Assembly: GCA_043228905.1 (NCBI GenBank)
Contig: JBHGNT010000633.1
Coordinates: 1-18,730, forward strand
From: Azolla caroliniana
Lineage: Eukaryota > Plantae > Polypodiophyta
Length of the DNA stretch: 18,730 nucleotides
Reading direction: 5' to 3'
This document shows, piece after piece, positions 1 to 10,079 of the stretch; positions within the stretch are counted from its first letter, which is position 1, and the number at the start of each line of letters is the position of its first letter. The notes under the pieces were generated by a model. The model made no database searches, was not told where the DNA came from, and saw only the letters and a program-made list of their open reading frames with translations. Made by a program: the position numbers and the translations under genes.

Positions 1-419
1 ACAATTGTGACATAAGCCACAAATTGATACAAGTGATGACGGAGTTGTGCGCAAAGATGTAATACTCAAATCCATGAGTAAAACATCAATAAGGGAACTC
101 ATATGGTTTTACTCGTTTTCTAAGGCTTGATGATAAGAGTTAAACCTAGATGACCCGTTGAAAAAAAATAAAAATCGTTCAACAAGCCACTCCATACGAA
201 AAAAATAGTCTACACGTAAAGGTTACATTAAAAATAAACGATGTAAATACTTTATACATGAAAAGGAAGTGGAAAAAGGAGAGTTAATTGTGGGCGGGTA
301 AATAATAATTACTAGAAAATCATATAAGTGAAACAATACTTATGAAATTAAAATTTAATTAGAATAATCAACAATTAGGTGTATGGAATCAAACATGCCC
401 TAAGATACGAAACCCTAGG

Positions 420-751
420 GTAGTTGACATGCACCTCCTCAAGACCACCACATATCCCTAGAATCGGCCAAGTAATGGCTAATTAAAGAGGAAAGTGGCA
501 TAGGTAAGTGACATATACCTCGTCAAGGCCACATCATCCCTTAGAATCGGCCAATTGATGGCTAATTAAAAAGGAAAGTGGCATATGTAAGCTACATATA
601 CCTTGTCAAGGCCACAACATCCCATAGAATCGGCCAATTGATGGCTTAATAGAGAGTAGAGTGGCATAGGTAGGCAACATACACCTCGTCAAGGCCACAT
701 CATCCCTTAGAATCGGCCAAGTGATGGCTCAATAGAGGGGAAGAGTGGTAT
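420..751. repeat. Tandem array, ~4 x 83 bp, in the leader of element B
   Basis: TAGAATCGGCCAA recurs at 459, 542, 625 and 708 (period exactly 83) with similar sequence between. Confidence 0.9.
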
Positions 752-761
752 ACTCAACATC

Positions 762-949
762 ATATGCAAAACGGCCATGAGATAAGCGTGTGCGATTAGA
801 GCAAACACGCTCGACCCAATGCACAAGAATAATTATTATCGTAAGAGTTCAAGAGAGGAGAGAGTGGGATATATATCGCAATATGCAAAAGGCCATGAGT
901 TGAGCGTGTGCGATTAGTGCAAACACGCTCGGCCCGATGCATAATAATA
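762..949. repeat. Two ~70-bp direct repeats (period ~120), each with a hairpin
   Basis: ATATGCAAAA(C)GGCCATGAG...AGCGTGTGCGATTAG.GCAAACACGCTCG at ~762 and ~882; stem (G)AGCGTGT/ACACGCT(C). Confidence 0.8.
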
Positions 950-1173
950 AGTAAAATCGTAGCGTAGTAGGAGGTAGAAAGAAAGAGAATAAAACGTAAT
1001 ACCAATTTGATTCGACCATAAAGAACGCATAATAGAAAAAGAGAAGAGATCAAAAAAGAAGAATACCGGGTTTAGAGTGTTGTTTTGATCCTGAGAAGAG
1101 CATGACGAGCCTTGTTAGATCCCCCTCGCTCACACGCAAAAAACATCAAAACAACAAAAAAATTGTTAGTAAA

Positions 1174-1186
1174 AGCTCTGATACCA
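1174..1186 (-). promoter_or_regulatory. Primer binding site (tRNA-iMet) of element B
   Basis: AGCTCTGATACCA is the reverse complement of TGGTATCAGAGCT, 1 nt from the LTR end. Confidence 0.85.
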
Positions 1187-1187
1187 C

Positions 1188-1642
1188 TGTTAAGAGTCTA
1201 TTACTAATCAATAGACCAAATCAAGTAAAAAGGAAGAAAATAGATTGGATAGAAGAACCCGTTCCACCCGACCACCCCCGAGCTATGATCTAGACATAGC
1301 CAACCTACCACCGACGTCCCATACCGCCGGATATTAGGATGACTAATACCTTGGAAGAGATAAACACGATCGTCGAGACGAAAGCCTAGCCCGCACCACC
1401 GGTGTCTACGACAGCAACCTTCCGACGTGATTCCTATGAGGGTAGCTAAGCCTCATATTTATACCTTTTCCTAGGCCCCTTGAATAGATGTGCCTTTCTA
1501 AAAGGCTCTCTATTCATTGGTTGTCTAAATCATGATAGTGCATGCACATATCATTCATTCTATCCAATCATTAGTCCCCTTTTTAATAATAGTGAACATA
1601 CCCTTCACTAATGTAAATATTAGTGACCTACCCTCACCAACG
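1188..1642 (-). repeat. 5' LTR of element B (~455 bp)
   Basis: Plus-strand ends TGTT...AACG (one change from TGTT...AACA). Minus-strand TATAAATA at ~1456-1463. PBS directly adjacent. The partner LTR is not in the window. Confidence 0.7.
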
Positions 1643-1658
1643 TTATGTGTACATAACA

Positions 1659-4600
1659 AAAGGATACTAGGATTATATTGAAGGAGACCTAGAAGAGGCT
1701 CCAGAGATCCCTGAAGAAAATGCATCTGCTGCACAGATAAAAGCATTTAAGGAATGGAACCAAGGGGCAAGAAACGTATTGCATTGGTTGTCACTTAGCA
1801 TCTCGGATTTGATGCTTGGACACATATAGGATGCTATGCTTCCAAAAGAAGCTTGGGACAGTTTAGTAAAACTGTTTGCAGTGAATACAAAGGCAAGAAA
1901 GCTTCAGTTGAAGATTGAGCTAAATACCTTGGAAAAAGGTAAGATGTCAGTAAATGAGTATGCTCTAAAAATAAAGAGCATATGTGAATCACTTGCTTCT
2001 ATTAATGTGAAGATAGAAGATGATGATAAGGTGAAAATATGCTTAAGAGGCTTAGGACATCAATACAAGAGTTTCAAAACATCTATTCTCACAAGGGATA
2101 ATATCCCAAGTTTTCCAGATCTGGTTTCAATGCTTGTAGTAGAAGAAAGAAATCAAATGGATGATGTAAACAAAGGAAATCCAGATAATGAGGGGCAAGC
2201 CCTCCACAATAGTGCTGGAAGAGGCCGAGGAAGAGGCCATGGAAGATTTGGTTCAGCTAGAACCAACAATAATTATCAAGGAAGAGGACAACAAGCCATT
2301 AGTGGAAGAAACAACATCAGAGGCAGGGGGAGCAATCAAGGAAGCGGTAAGCAAACCTATTTGAATGATGATGATTGTTGGTCTTGTGGAAAACCAGGCC
2401 ACACACAGGCTGAATGCTCTAAAAAGCAAAATGATGAGAAAAGAGGGAAGAGACAACAAAATAATTATGCCTCAACTAGTGAAGACTGTGATAAAGATGG
2501 TGCATTTGTGATGCAAGATGAAACAACAGTAGTGGCTGAATGTTCACAGAGATGTAATGAAGAGTTTATGTGGTATGTAGATTATGGGGCATCTAATCAT
2601 ATGACAGGACATAAAAACTGGTTTGAAAGTCTAAGAGAACCAGATATTCCTGGTTATGTACAAACAGGTGATAATACTACTCACCAAATAGAGCATGTTG
2701 GAGATATCCCATTGTGGGAAGAAAAAGGAAAAACAAAGTATATGTTGAATGTTATGCATGTTCCAAACCTTGCAAAAAATCTTATTTCTGTTGGAAAGAT
2801 AGTAGAGCAAGGAATGCAGGTTAAGTTTAAGCAAAGTGGATGCTTCATAGAGAAAAATGGAAAGCTCATTGCAAAAGGAAAACGAGAAGGAAGGATGTTT
2901 GTGTTAGATGTGGATATGCCTAAGAAGATTACAGTCATGTTTGCAGAAGGAATGAGTGTAATCTCAGATGTGGAAATGTGGCATAAAAGAATCGGTCACA
3001 TAAGCATGCAAACTTTGAAAAATATGTTGAGGAAAGATGTAGTGGCTGGACTGCCTAAGTTGAAAGACTGTGAGATGGGAGAAATATGTGAAGCATGTCA
3101 ATATGGAAAGCAAAACAGGTGGCCTTTCCCTCATGAAAGACATGTAAGCCAAAATTTGTTGGATTTGGTACATACAGATGTATGGGGACCAACAAAAAAT
3201 GCATCAATTAGTGGATGTAAGTTTTATGTAACTTTCATTGATGATTGCTCAAGGAAAACATGGGTTTACTTCATGAAAGAAAAAAATGAAGTATTTGATT
3301 GTTTTTGTACGTTTAAATGCATGGTAGAAAAGCAGGTTGGAACTAGAATAAAATGCCTAAGATCTGATTGAGGAGGAGAATACTTCTCAAATGAGTTTTC
3401 TAAGTTTCTATGTAATCAAGGCATAAGGAGATAGTTTACATGTAGATATACTCCCCAACAAAATGGAGTTACTGAGAGAAAAAACAAAACTCTGGTGAAC
3501 ATAGCAAGAGCCATGATGACAGAAAAAATATGCCATTGTATTATTGGGCAGAAGCTGTAAACACAACAAACTATATCCTAAATAGATGTATAACATCTGG
3601 AGTACATGAAGTAACTCCTGAAGAATGTTTCTATGGCAGAAAGCCGAGTTTAGGACACTTAAAAGTGTTTGGATGCCTTGCCTATGTCCATGTACCTGCT
3701 GAAGTGAGAAGTAAGCTTGATCCAAAAGCCGAAAAATGTAATTTTGTTGGATATTCACAGGAGCAAAAAGGGTATAGATGCTATAACCCTTTGACAAAAA
3801 AGATTGTGGTAAGTCGGGATGTAATATTTGATGAGTTGGGCAGCTGGTACAACCCAAAACAAAATGTAGAAACTGATGAAGACTATGAAAATGAAGATAG
3901 GGATAAATCTGAAAATGTAAGAGATAACCATAGAGATGGAAACAGTGTTGGACAACAAAGTTCCACATCAATGGAATGTACTGGACCATCTAGAAGCTCA
4001 GGTAGTAAATCTGAATCTAATGCATGGAGTGGAAAACATGCAAGACACAAAAAATATGATGATAAAAAGGGAAAACAGAAGATGCTAGAATATGAAATGC
4101 TTGATGATGGGTCTAGAAACATGGAAGATGTAGATTTAGATACATCATTGGATGATGAGCTTGGTATAGGAGCCCTGAAAATCCCTAGTATGGAAAAAGC
4201 AACGAAGGATGCAAATCAGAAACTGATAAGATCAGATAGAGAGAAAAAGACCGTTGAAAGATTTGGCTATGACACATATATGGCTATGCATTATGCATAC
4301 ATGTGTAAAGTGGTACAAATCCCTGATCCATAGAACTTTGATGAAGCAAAAGCTGAGAAAAAATGGGTGAATGCAATGCAAGAAGAAATAGATGCATTGG
4401 CTAAAAACAGAACATGGGATTTGGTAAAGTTACCAAAAGGAAAAAATGTGGTAGGTTGCAAATGGGTGTACAAAACAAAGCATGATTCCAATGGAAATGT
4501 CAGTAGACATAAAGTAGGACTTGTGGCAAAGGGATATGCCCAAATGCATGGAATTGATTATGATGAAACATTTGCACCGGTTGCAAAGATGGCAACGTTG

Positions 4601-5067
4601 AGAACACTACTTGTTGTGAGTGCAGCCAAAAGATGGGTTCTGCACCATATGGATGTAAAAAATGTTTTTTTACATGGTAACTTAGAAGAAGAAGTGTATA
4701 TGTGTCAACCACCAGGTTTGGAAGATAGGAAGCATCCTGAATATGTTTGTAAGTTGAAAAAGGCTCTCTATGGACTGAAACAAGCATCGAGAGCATGGCA
4801 CAGAGAACTTTCAGAATCTCTGAAAAAATTTGCTTTCAAAATGTCAAAGGCTGATCCATCATTATATGTAAAGAAGATAAATGATTGCATTGTTGTGATC
4901 TTGATATATGTTGATGATCTAATCATTGGAGGTGATTTTATGGAAGAGATAAGTAAGTTGAAGAAAAGTTTGGAAATGCAATTTCAGATGAAGGATTTGG
5001 GAAATCTGAGATACTTTCTTGGCATTGAGATTATCAGATCTGAGAGTGGTATATATATGTTGCAAAG
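1659..5067 (+). pseudogene. Copia A gag-pol, 5' part (gag, zinc knuckle, protease, integrase, RT)
   Basis: CWSCGKPGHTQAEC; WYVDYGASNHMT; WHKRIGH..CEAC; VHTDVWGP; TPQQNGV; WVYKTK; DVKNVFLHG; YVDD at 4907-4918. Premature stops at 1668, 1827, 3369, 3432, 4331 and a frameshift near 3528. Confidence 0.95.
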
Positions 5068-5069
5068 TG

Positions 5070-5732
5070 GCTAAGACTAGAGTGGCTAATAAATCAACCT
5101 AGGACGCCATCGTCTCGAAATCCATGACGATGGGCAAAGAAAAAACAATAAATACTCTAATAGATGATGGGCTAAAAAAGATCAAGAATTAAGTAGACAA
5201 TTACCTTAAACCGTTCCTAGAGAAAATTAATAAGGAAAACCCCAACACACATCCCAAAAACGGGGGCACAAGGACACACAAAACATCAAATTCATCCCCC
5301 ATTGCCCCCACCTCCTTCTTAAGGACCCAGTCCTTTATCCCAAGTTATGGACAAAGCTATGCTTATCCCGTACCACCCACACAACCCATACCCCCCACGT
5401 ACCCTATATTTGTCCCGATGAATGTACCACCACCTACCTCCCTACCCCCACCTATGAAACAATCAATGTCTCACTTTGAGACCATCAAATCCACCACACG
5501 GTCCTATCCTCGACTCTCAATCCCTCGACCCCCAGTCCTTCAACCCCCAGTTCCACGACCCATGCCTTACCCCTGGCCCCCAGTCAAACAACCTACTCCT
5601 CATCCCCGGCCCCCAATCCCGCAACCCGCACCCAACACACGCACCACGAGACCGAAACTAAATCCTCTACTAGGAAAATATGTAGGGGTAGACTTAGAAA
5701 ATTACATTGGTTCCCACTTCTTCAATCATTAA
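5070..5732 (+). pseudogene. PLE upstream ORF: basic/helical then Pro-rich, 5'-truncated
   Basis: One frame from 5070 to TAA 5732 with only two stops (TAG 5100, TAA 5190); includes tracked ORF 5418-5732. No recognisable domain. Confidence 0.5.
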
Positions 5733-6065
5733 CCTACCTCCACATTTTACTAGGAAGGCAAACACCCTCCCAGGTCAAGAATAGGATCACTAATCACTCA
5801 TTGCACAACCTTTCCTCTTTCCACCTTCCTCCACCCCAGCTCAAACTTCTAAGCTTAGGTCTAGACTTTATTCCCCCACCCCAACCTATTAGAAAACAAC
5901 AATTGATAGACGTCGTTGTATCCTTGGATAGAACTTACCGCCTCAGATATTTCTTTAGAAATTCTACTAACATTATCTCTCCATTTAGAATATCGAACCC
6001 CAGTTGGAATCCCCCAACCGTGCCAAAAATCACACAAACCATCATATCTATCACCTCTGCCTTCT
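5480..6065 (+). pseudogene. PLE RT ORF, N-terminal region, truncated by the inverted pLTR
   Basis: Frame open from 5480: ...STRKICRGRLRKLHW...HNLSSFHLPPPQLKLLSLGLDFIPPP...LDRTYRLRYFF...FRISNPSWNPP; from 6066 the sequence is the inverted repeat. Confidence 0.75.
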
Positions 6066-7072
6066 TAAGATTGCTTAAAGTGTGTGGCACTTCATCGGGG
6101 GTTGTTTGGGGTGGACTCAAGTTTAGATCTTATTTGTATGTCTAAACATAAGTAGTGATATAGTTTTAGAAGAATAGAAAAGTGAGGGCGTGGGTGGGGG
6201 TTAGGGGAGTGTAGCTTGTTGAAGATATCAAAAGTATTTAAACCTAATCAAAGTTTTTAGAACATATTAAAGATCATTGGGACAACTTAAGTTATTAGAC
6301 ACCAATAAAGTATTATTAAAACACCAATATAGAGTATTATTACAATGGGACCACACGCTTAGATGAAAGGGAGTTGTTTAAACACATGCTTAAGCAAATA
6401 CTTAAAAGAAAGATTGTTATAAAAATAAATAAAAATAAAAATAGAAAAGAGAGATTGAGATTAAAAAATGATTATGGTTAAGAAGGGATTATGATTAAGG
6501 GGGAAGGGGTTGCTAAAACAAAGTACTTAAACGAATGTTTAAACAAATACTTAGATAAGAAAACACTTGGGCAAACACTTAACACAAGGTTATGATTAAA
6601 AGAGAAGGGAGGGATTATGGTTAAAGAAAAGGGGTCATGGCTAAGAAGAGAATGATTATGATTAAGAGAGGAGAATACTTAAACAAATGTTTAAACAAAA
6701 AGTTAAACCTAAAAATGATTGAACAAGTACTTAAAAAAAGGGGTTAAACAAGTACGTAATAAAAATGATTATTAAACAAGTACTTAATAGAAAATGATTA
6801 AATAAATACTTAAGAACTTAAGACAAAAAAAATTTGATAAAAAAGTGATTAAACAAGTACTTAATAAAAATTTATTAAATAAGTACTTAAGAACTTAAGA
6901 CAAAAAATTAGATAAGAGCAACACATAGAAGGAAAGAAAGTTTTACTATCATAAGGCAACAAAGGCAAATGTATTTCGTCTCGATGGAGGCTCTTTAGTG
7001 CCTGATGTACAAATGATGAAAACTAAGCCTACTAGGTTGCTCTTTTTATAGGGAGAGGGAGGAGAGTCCTTT
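6066..7072 (-). repeat. Inverted copy of the PLE 3' region (pseudo-LTR), left arm
   Basis: Reverse complement of 7854-8837 along its whole length with scattered substitutions and small indels. Confidence 0.95.
6964..7002 (-). ncRNA. Degenerate minimal type I hammerhead ribozyme motif, inverted copy
   Basis: Minus strand GGCA-CTAAAGA-GCCTC(catc)GAGAC-GAAA-TACA-TT-TGCC. Confidence 0.55.
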
Positions 7073-7757
7073 CCAAACACCGCAACTACTCTACTACAAA
7101 CGCTACATCGATGATGCCATAGGAGTTTGGGAAGGCTCCCCCGATACGCTTCACACCTTCTTACACCAATACGGCGTGCCTCTACAACAACACATCCGTA
7201 TTGAATCAACAACCTCCCCTAAAGAGCTCACCATCTTGGACGTCATCTTCTTCAAAGGCCCATACTTTAAAGAATTTGGCATCCTCGACACCGCATGCCA
7301 CCAAAAACCTCTCAATGCCTACATGTAACTCCCGTGGAAATCCTCGCACCCCATAGCACACAAAAAGGGCTTCATCACGGGAGAACTAAAACGGTATGCT
7401 ATCCGAGAGAGCTCGGAAAATGGCTACATGGAACTACGCAAAAAGTTCTACGACCACCTAAGAGCTAGGGGCTACCCGTCAAAGTTCCTACTCAAGTGTT
7501 TTTCGACTGTCCCCTACTCCATACGAAACCAACTACTCTCTAACCAACCCAACAACAAAAAACCTCCACCCATTGTTTTTAAGTTTTGTTACTCCCCATG
7601 TATCAAAAAACTCCAAATCGGAGCGCTCGTGAGAAACAAACTTAAACCCCTTCTAGGACAACCACAATACAGTTCCCTTACACCCCCTCTCACGTGTTGG
7701 CTAAATGGTAAACAACTAAGAAACCACCTAGTACACTCATCCTTTCCCCCCACCTAA
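7071..7757 (+). pseudogene. PLE RT catalytic motif, thumb and C-terminal extension
   Basis: LLYYKRYIDDAIGVW (YIDD 7104-7115)...LTILDVIFFKG...HQKPLNAYM*LPWKSSHP...KKGFITGELKRY...LRARGYP...KQLRNHLVHS; one stop at 7326; only the last 109 aa are in the ORF track. Confidence 0.9.
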
Positions 7758-7853
7758 TGTTTTGTGTACTCTCACCCCTCTTAACCCCCACCTAAAGTCT
7801 TGTGTACACTCTTTTACCTTTCCTTTGTACACACTTTTGTATGTCCCACATAC

Positions 7854-8837
7854 AAAGGACTCTCCTCCCTCTCCCTATATAAAGAGCAACCTAGTAGACT
7901 TAGTTTTCATTATGTGTACATCGGGCACTAAAGAGCCTCCATCAAGGCGAAACGCATTTGTCAATCGTTGCCTTATGATAGTAAAACTTTCTTTCCTTCT
8001 ATGTGTTGCTCTTATCTAATTTTTTGTCTTAAGTTCTTAAGTACTTATTTAATCAATTTTTATGAAGTACTTGTTTAATCACTTTTTTATCAAATTTTTT
8101 TGTCTTAAGTTTTTAAATATTTATTTAATCATTTTTTATTAAGTACTTGTTTAACCCCTTTTTTTAAGTACTTGTTCAATCATTTTTTTATCTAACTTTT
8201 TGTTTAAACATTTGTTCAAGTATTCTCCTCTCTTAATCATAATCATTCTCTTCTTAGCCATGACCCCTTTTCTTTAATCATAATCCCTCCCTTCTCTTTT
8301 AATCATAACCTTGCTTTAAGTGTTTTCCCAAGTGTTTTCTTATCTAAGTATTTGTTTAAACATTCGTTTAAGTACTTTGTTTTAGCAACCCCTTCCCCCT
8401 TAATCATAATCCCTTCTTAACCATAATCATTTTTTAATCTCAATCTCTTTTTTTTAAAATAATAATCTTTCTTTTAAGTGTTTGTTTAAGCGTGTATTTA
8501 AGCAACTCCCTTTCATCTAAGCGTGTGGTCCCATTTTAATAATACTCTATATTGGTGTTTTAATAATACTCTATATTGGTGTTTTAATAATACTCTATTG
8601 GTGTCTAATAACTTAAGTTATCCCAATGATCTTTAATATGTTCTAAAAACTTTGATTAGGTTTAAATACTTTTGATATCTTCAACAAGCTACACTCCCCT
8701 AACCCCCACCCACGCCCTCACTTTTCTATTCCCCTAGAACTATATCACTACTTAGGTTTAGACATACAAATAAGATCTAAACTTGAGTCCACCCCAAACA
8801 ACCTCCGATGAAGTGCCGCTCACTTTAAGCAATCTTA
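7854..8837 (+). repeat. PLE 3' UTR / pseudo-LTR, right arm
   Basis: Starts AAAGGACTCTCC, TATATAAA at ~7876, AT-rich sub-repeats (AAGTACTTGTTTAA, TAATCAT), ends AAGCAATCTTA. Confidence 0.95.
7924..7962 (+). ncRNA. Degenerate minimal type I hammerhead ribozyme motif
   Basis: GGCA-CTAAAGA-GCCT(ccatca)AGGC-GAAA-CGCA-TT-TGTC; matches CUGANGA/stem II/GAAA layout except G5>A. Confidence 0.6.
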
Positions 8838-9656
8838 TAAAAGTATGGTATGCTTGGATGCAAACCTATTGGTATACCACTAGATAAGAACTGCAAATTG
8901 AGGGTTGATTTGGGAGCCAAAATAGAAGATGTAAACATGTAGAGGTCTATGGTGAGCAGCCTCATATATTTGACCATAACAAAACCTGATTTAAGTTATG
9001 TTGTTGGATTAGTCAGCCAGTTTATGCAACAACCAACAAAGCCGCATTTGGACTGCATAAGAAGAATCCTGAGGTATGTAAAAGCTACCCAGAACTATGG
9101 GCTGTTTTACAGGGTTGATCTAGACATAAAGCTAGAAGGATATACAAATGTTGATTGGGCTGGAAGCCAAACTGACAGAAGATCCACAAGTGGATATATG
9201 TTTACATTGGGAAGTGCAACTATTTCATGGAGTAGCAAGAAACAAGCTACTATTGCATTGTCAAGTACTGAAGCTGAGTATAGAGGAGCTGCAATAGCTA
9301 CATGTGAAGAGGTATGGATCAGAAGATTGCTTTCTGATTTGGGAGAATATATAGATGGTGCTGTCACAATTTGGTGTGACAATATGAGCAACATTCAGCT
9401 GGCAAAAAACCCTGTGTTCCACGCAAGAACAAAGCACATTGAAGTGCATTATCACTTTGTTAGAGAAAAAGTGATTGATGGAGAAGTGGATCTATTATAT
9501 GTAAGTACAAATTAGCAAGTTGTTGATATTCTTACGAAGGGATTGAGCATGGAAAAACAAACACAGTTTAGAGACATGATGGGAGTTATAACCATCGGCA
9601 TGGTAGTTGAAAAGCATGAAGAAAAGAAGATTGAAGATGACCTCAAGGAAGGATAA
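8835..9656 (+). pseudogene. Copia A RT C-terminus and RNase H
   Basis: L*KYGMLGCKPIG...YLTITKPDLSYVV...DWAGSQTDRRSTSG...SSTEAEY...HARTKHIEVHYHFVRE...*QVVDILTK; natural stop at 9654-9656. Confidence 0.95.
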
Positions 9657-9665
9657 GTTGAGCTT

Positions 9666-9675
9666 GAGGGGGGAG
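9666..9675 (+). promoter_or_regulatory. Polypurine tract of Copia A
   Basis: GAGGGGGGAG directly before TGTTGAG. Confidence 0.9.
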
Positions 9676-10079
9676 TGTTGAGAAGCAAGCTCAACAAAGG
9701 TATGTGAAGCTTATTGAGAAATAAGTTATAGTAGCTATTAGCTAATTAGCTACTAGTGGACATAAAGTTGAAACAACTATTTAGCTACTGACAGCTAATT
9801 AACTATTGGCAACTAATTAGCTGCATATATAAGTCACTTATGTACTTAGGTAAAAAGTAAGTTGTAGTAAGTAGAAGAGTGAGAGTAGTGTAGAGAGTAA
9901 GAACAGACAAACAAAAAACAAACGAGAGCGAGTTGAGCTCTACGTGTAATGAAGTAGAAGTTTTTTGGATTGTGCAAAGGTAAGTCTCCTTCCCCTTCCC
10001 GTTTCGGTCTTGAGCACTAAACGATCCAGCACATCACAATCCGTTCTGCACACAGAAGAGTTGTAGCACCTTCGTAACA
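9676..10079 (+). repeat. 3' LTR of Copia A (~404 bp)
   Basis: TGTT...AACA ends, TATATAAG near 9826; sequence after 10079 switches to antisense Copia RT. Confidence 0.85.

Larger units (their letters stand above)
1..1642 (-). mobile_element. LTR retrotransposon B: 5' LTR, PBS and long leader, continuing off the left edge; inserted into gag of Copia A
   Basis: Minus strand reads ...CTTAACA-G-TGGTATCAGAGCT (LTR end plus iMet PBS). Copia A gag-like frame (KGY*DYIEG) begins just to the right of 1642. Superfamily cannot be assigned because no pol is in the window. Confidence 0.75.
5068..8837 (+). mobile_element. Penelope-like retroelement composite, apparently lacking an endonuclease, with inverted pseudo-LTRs
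   Basis: PLE-type RT N-terminus (HNLS..L....LKLLSLGLDFIP...RTYRLRYFF...WNPP), RYIDD and thumb motifs, ~1-kb inverted repeat, hammerhead-like motifs; splits the Copia A RT. Confidence 0.85.
1643..10079 (+). mobile_element. Ty1/Copia LTR retrotransposon A; 5' end displaced by element B, RT interrupted by a PLE
   Basis: Domain order gag-PR-IN-RT-RH, then PPT and a TG...CA 3' LTR. Confidence 0.95.

Noticed and set aside
420-751. Regularly spaced repeats resembling a CRISPR array
   Set aside because: The sequences between the conserved cores are homologous to each other, so this is a tandem repeat, and the context is eukaryotic
2253-4796. Many short minus-strand ORFs over Copia A (and similar ones over D and E)
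   Set aside because: Antisense or alternative-frame by-products of gag-pol
5064-5068. AAAGT on both sides of the PLE as a possible TSD
   Set aside because: Collapsing on it gives an out-of-frame Copia RT lacking several conserved codons; a chance AT-rich match is more likely
5107-5133. 8-bp hairpin CCATCGTC/GACGATGG near the PLE 5' junction
   Set aside because: Single occurrence inside a coding frame with no supporting evidence
7762-8019. Similar small ORFs at 7762-8019 (+) and 6949-7212 (-)
   Set aside because: Similarity comes from the inverted repeat; non-ATG starts and no protein motifs
8805-8832. Second hammerhead-like motif CCGATGA-AGTG..CACT near the pLTR end
   Set aside because: A stem is present, but the GAAA core is replaced by TTAA in both arms and the CUGA core is also altered
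6066-8837. Foldback or Mutator DNA transposon, or DIRS element, suggested by the long inverted repeats
   Set aside because: No transposase, tyrosine recombinase or TSD; the spacer is PLE-type RT continuous with the right arm
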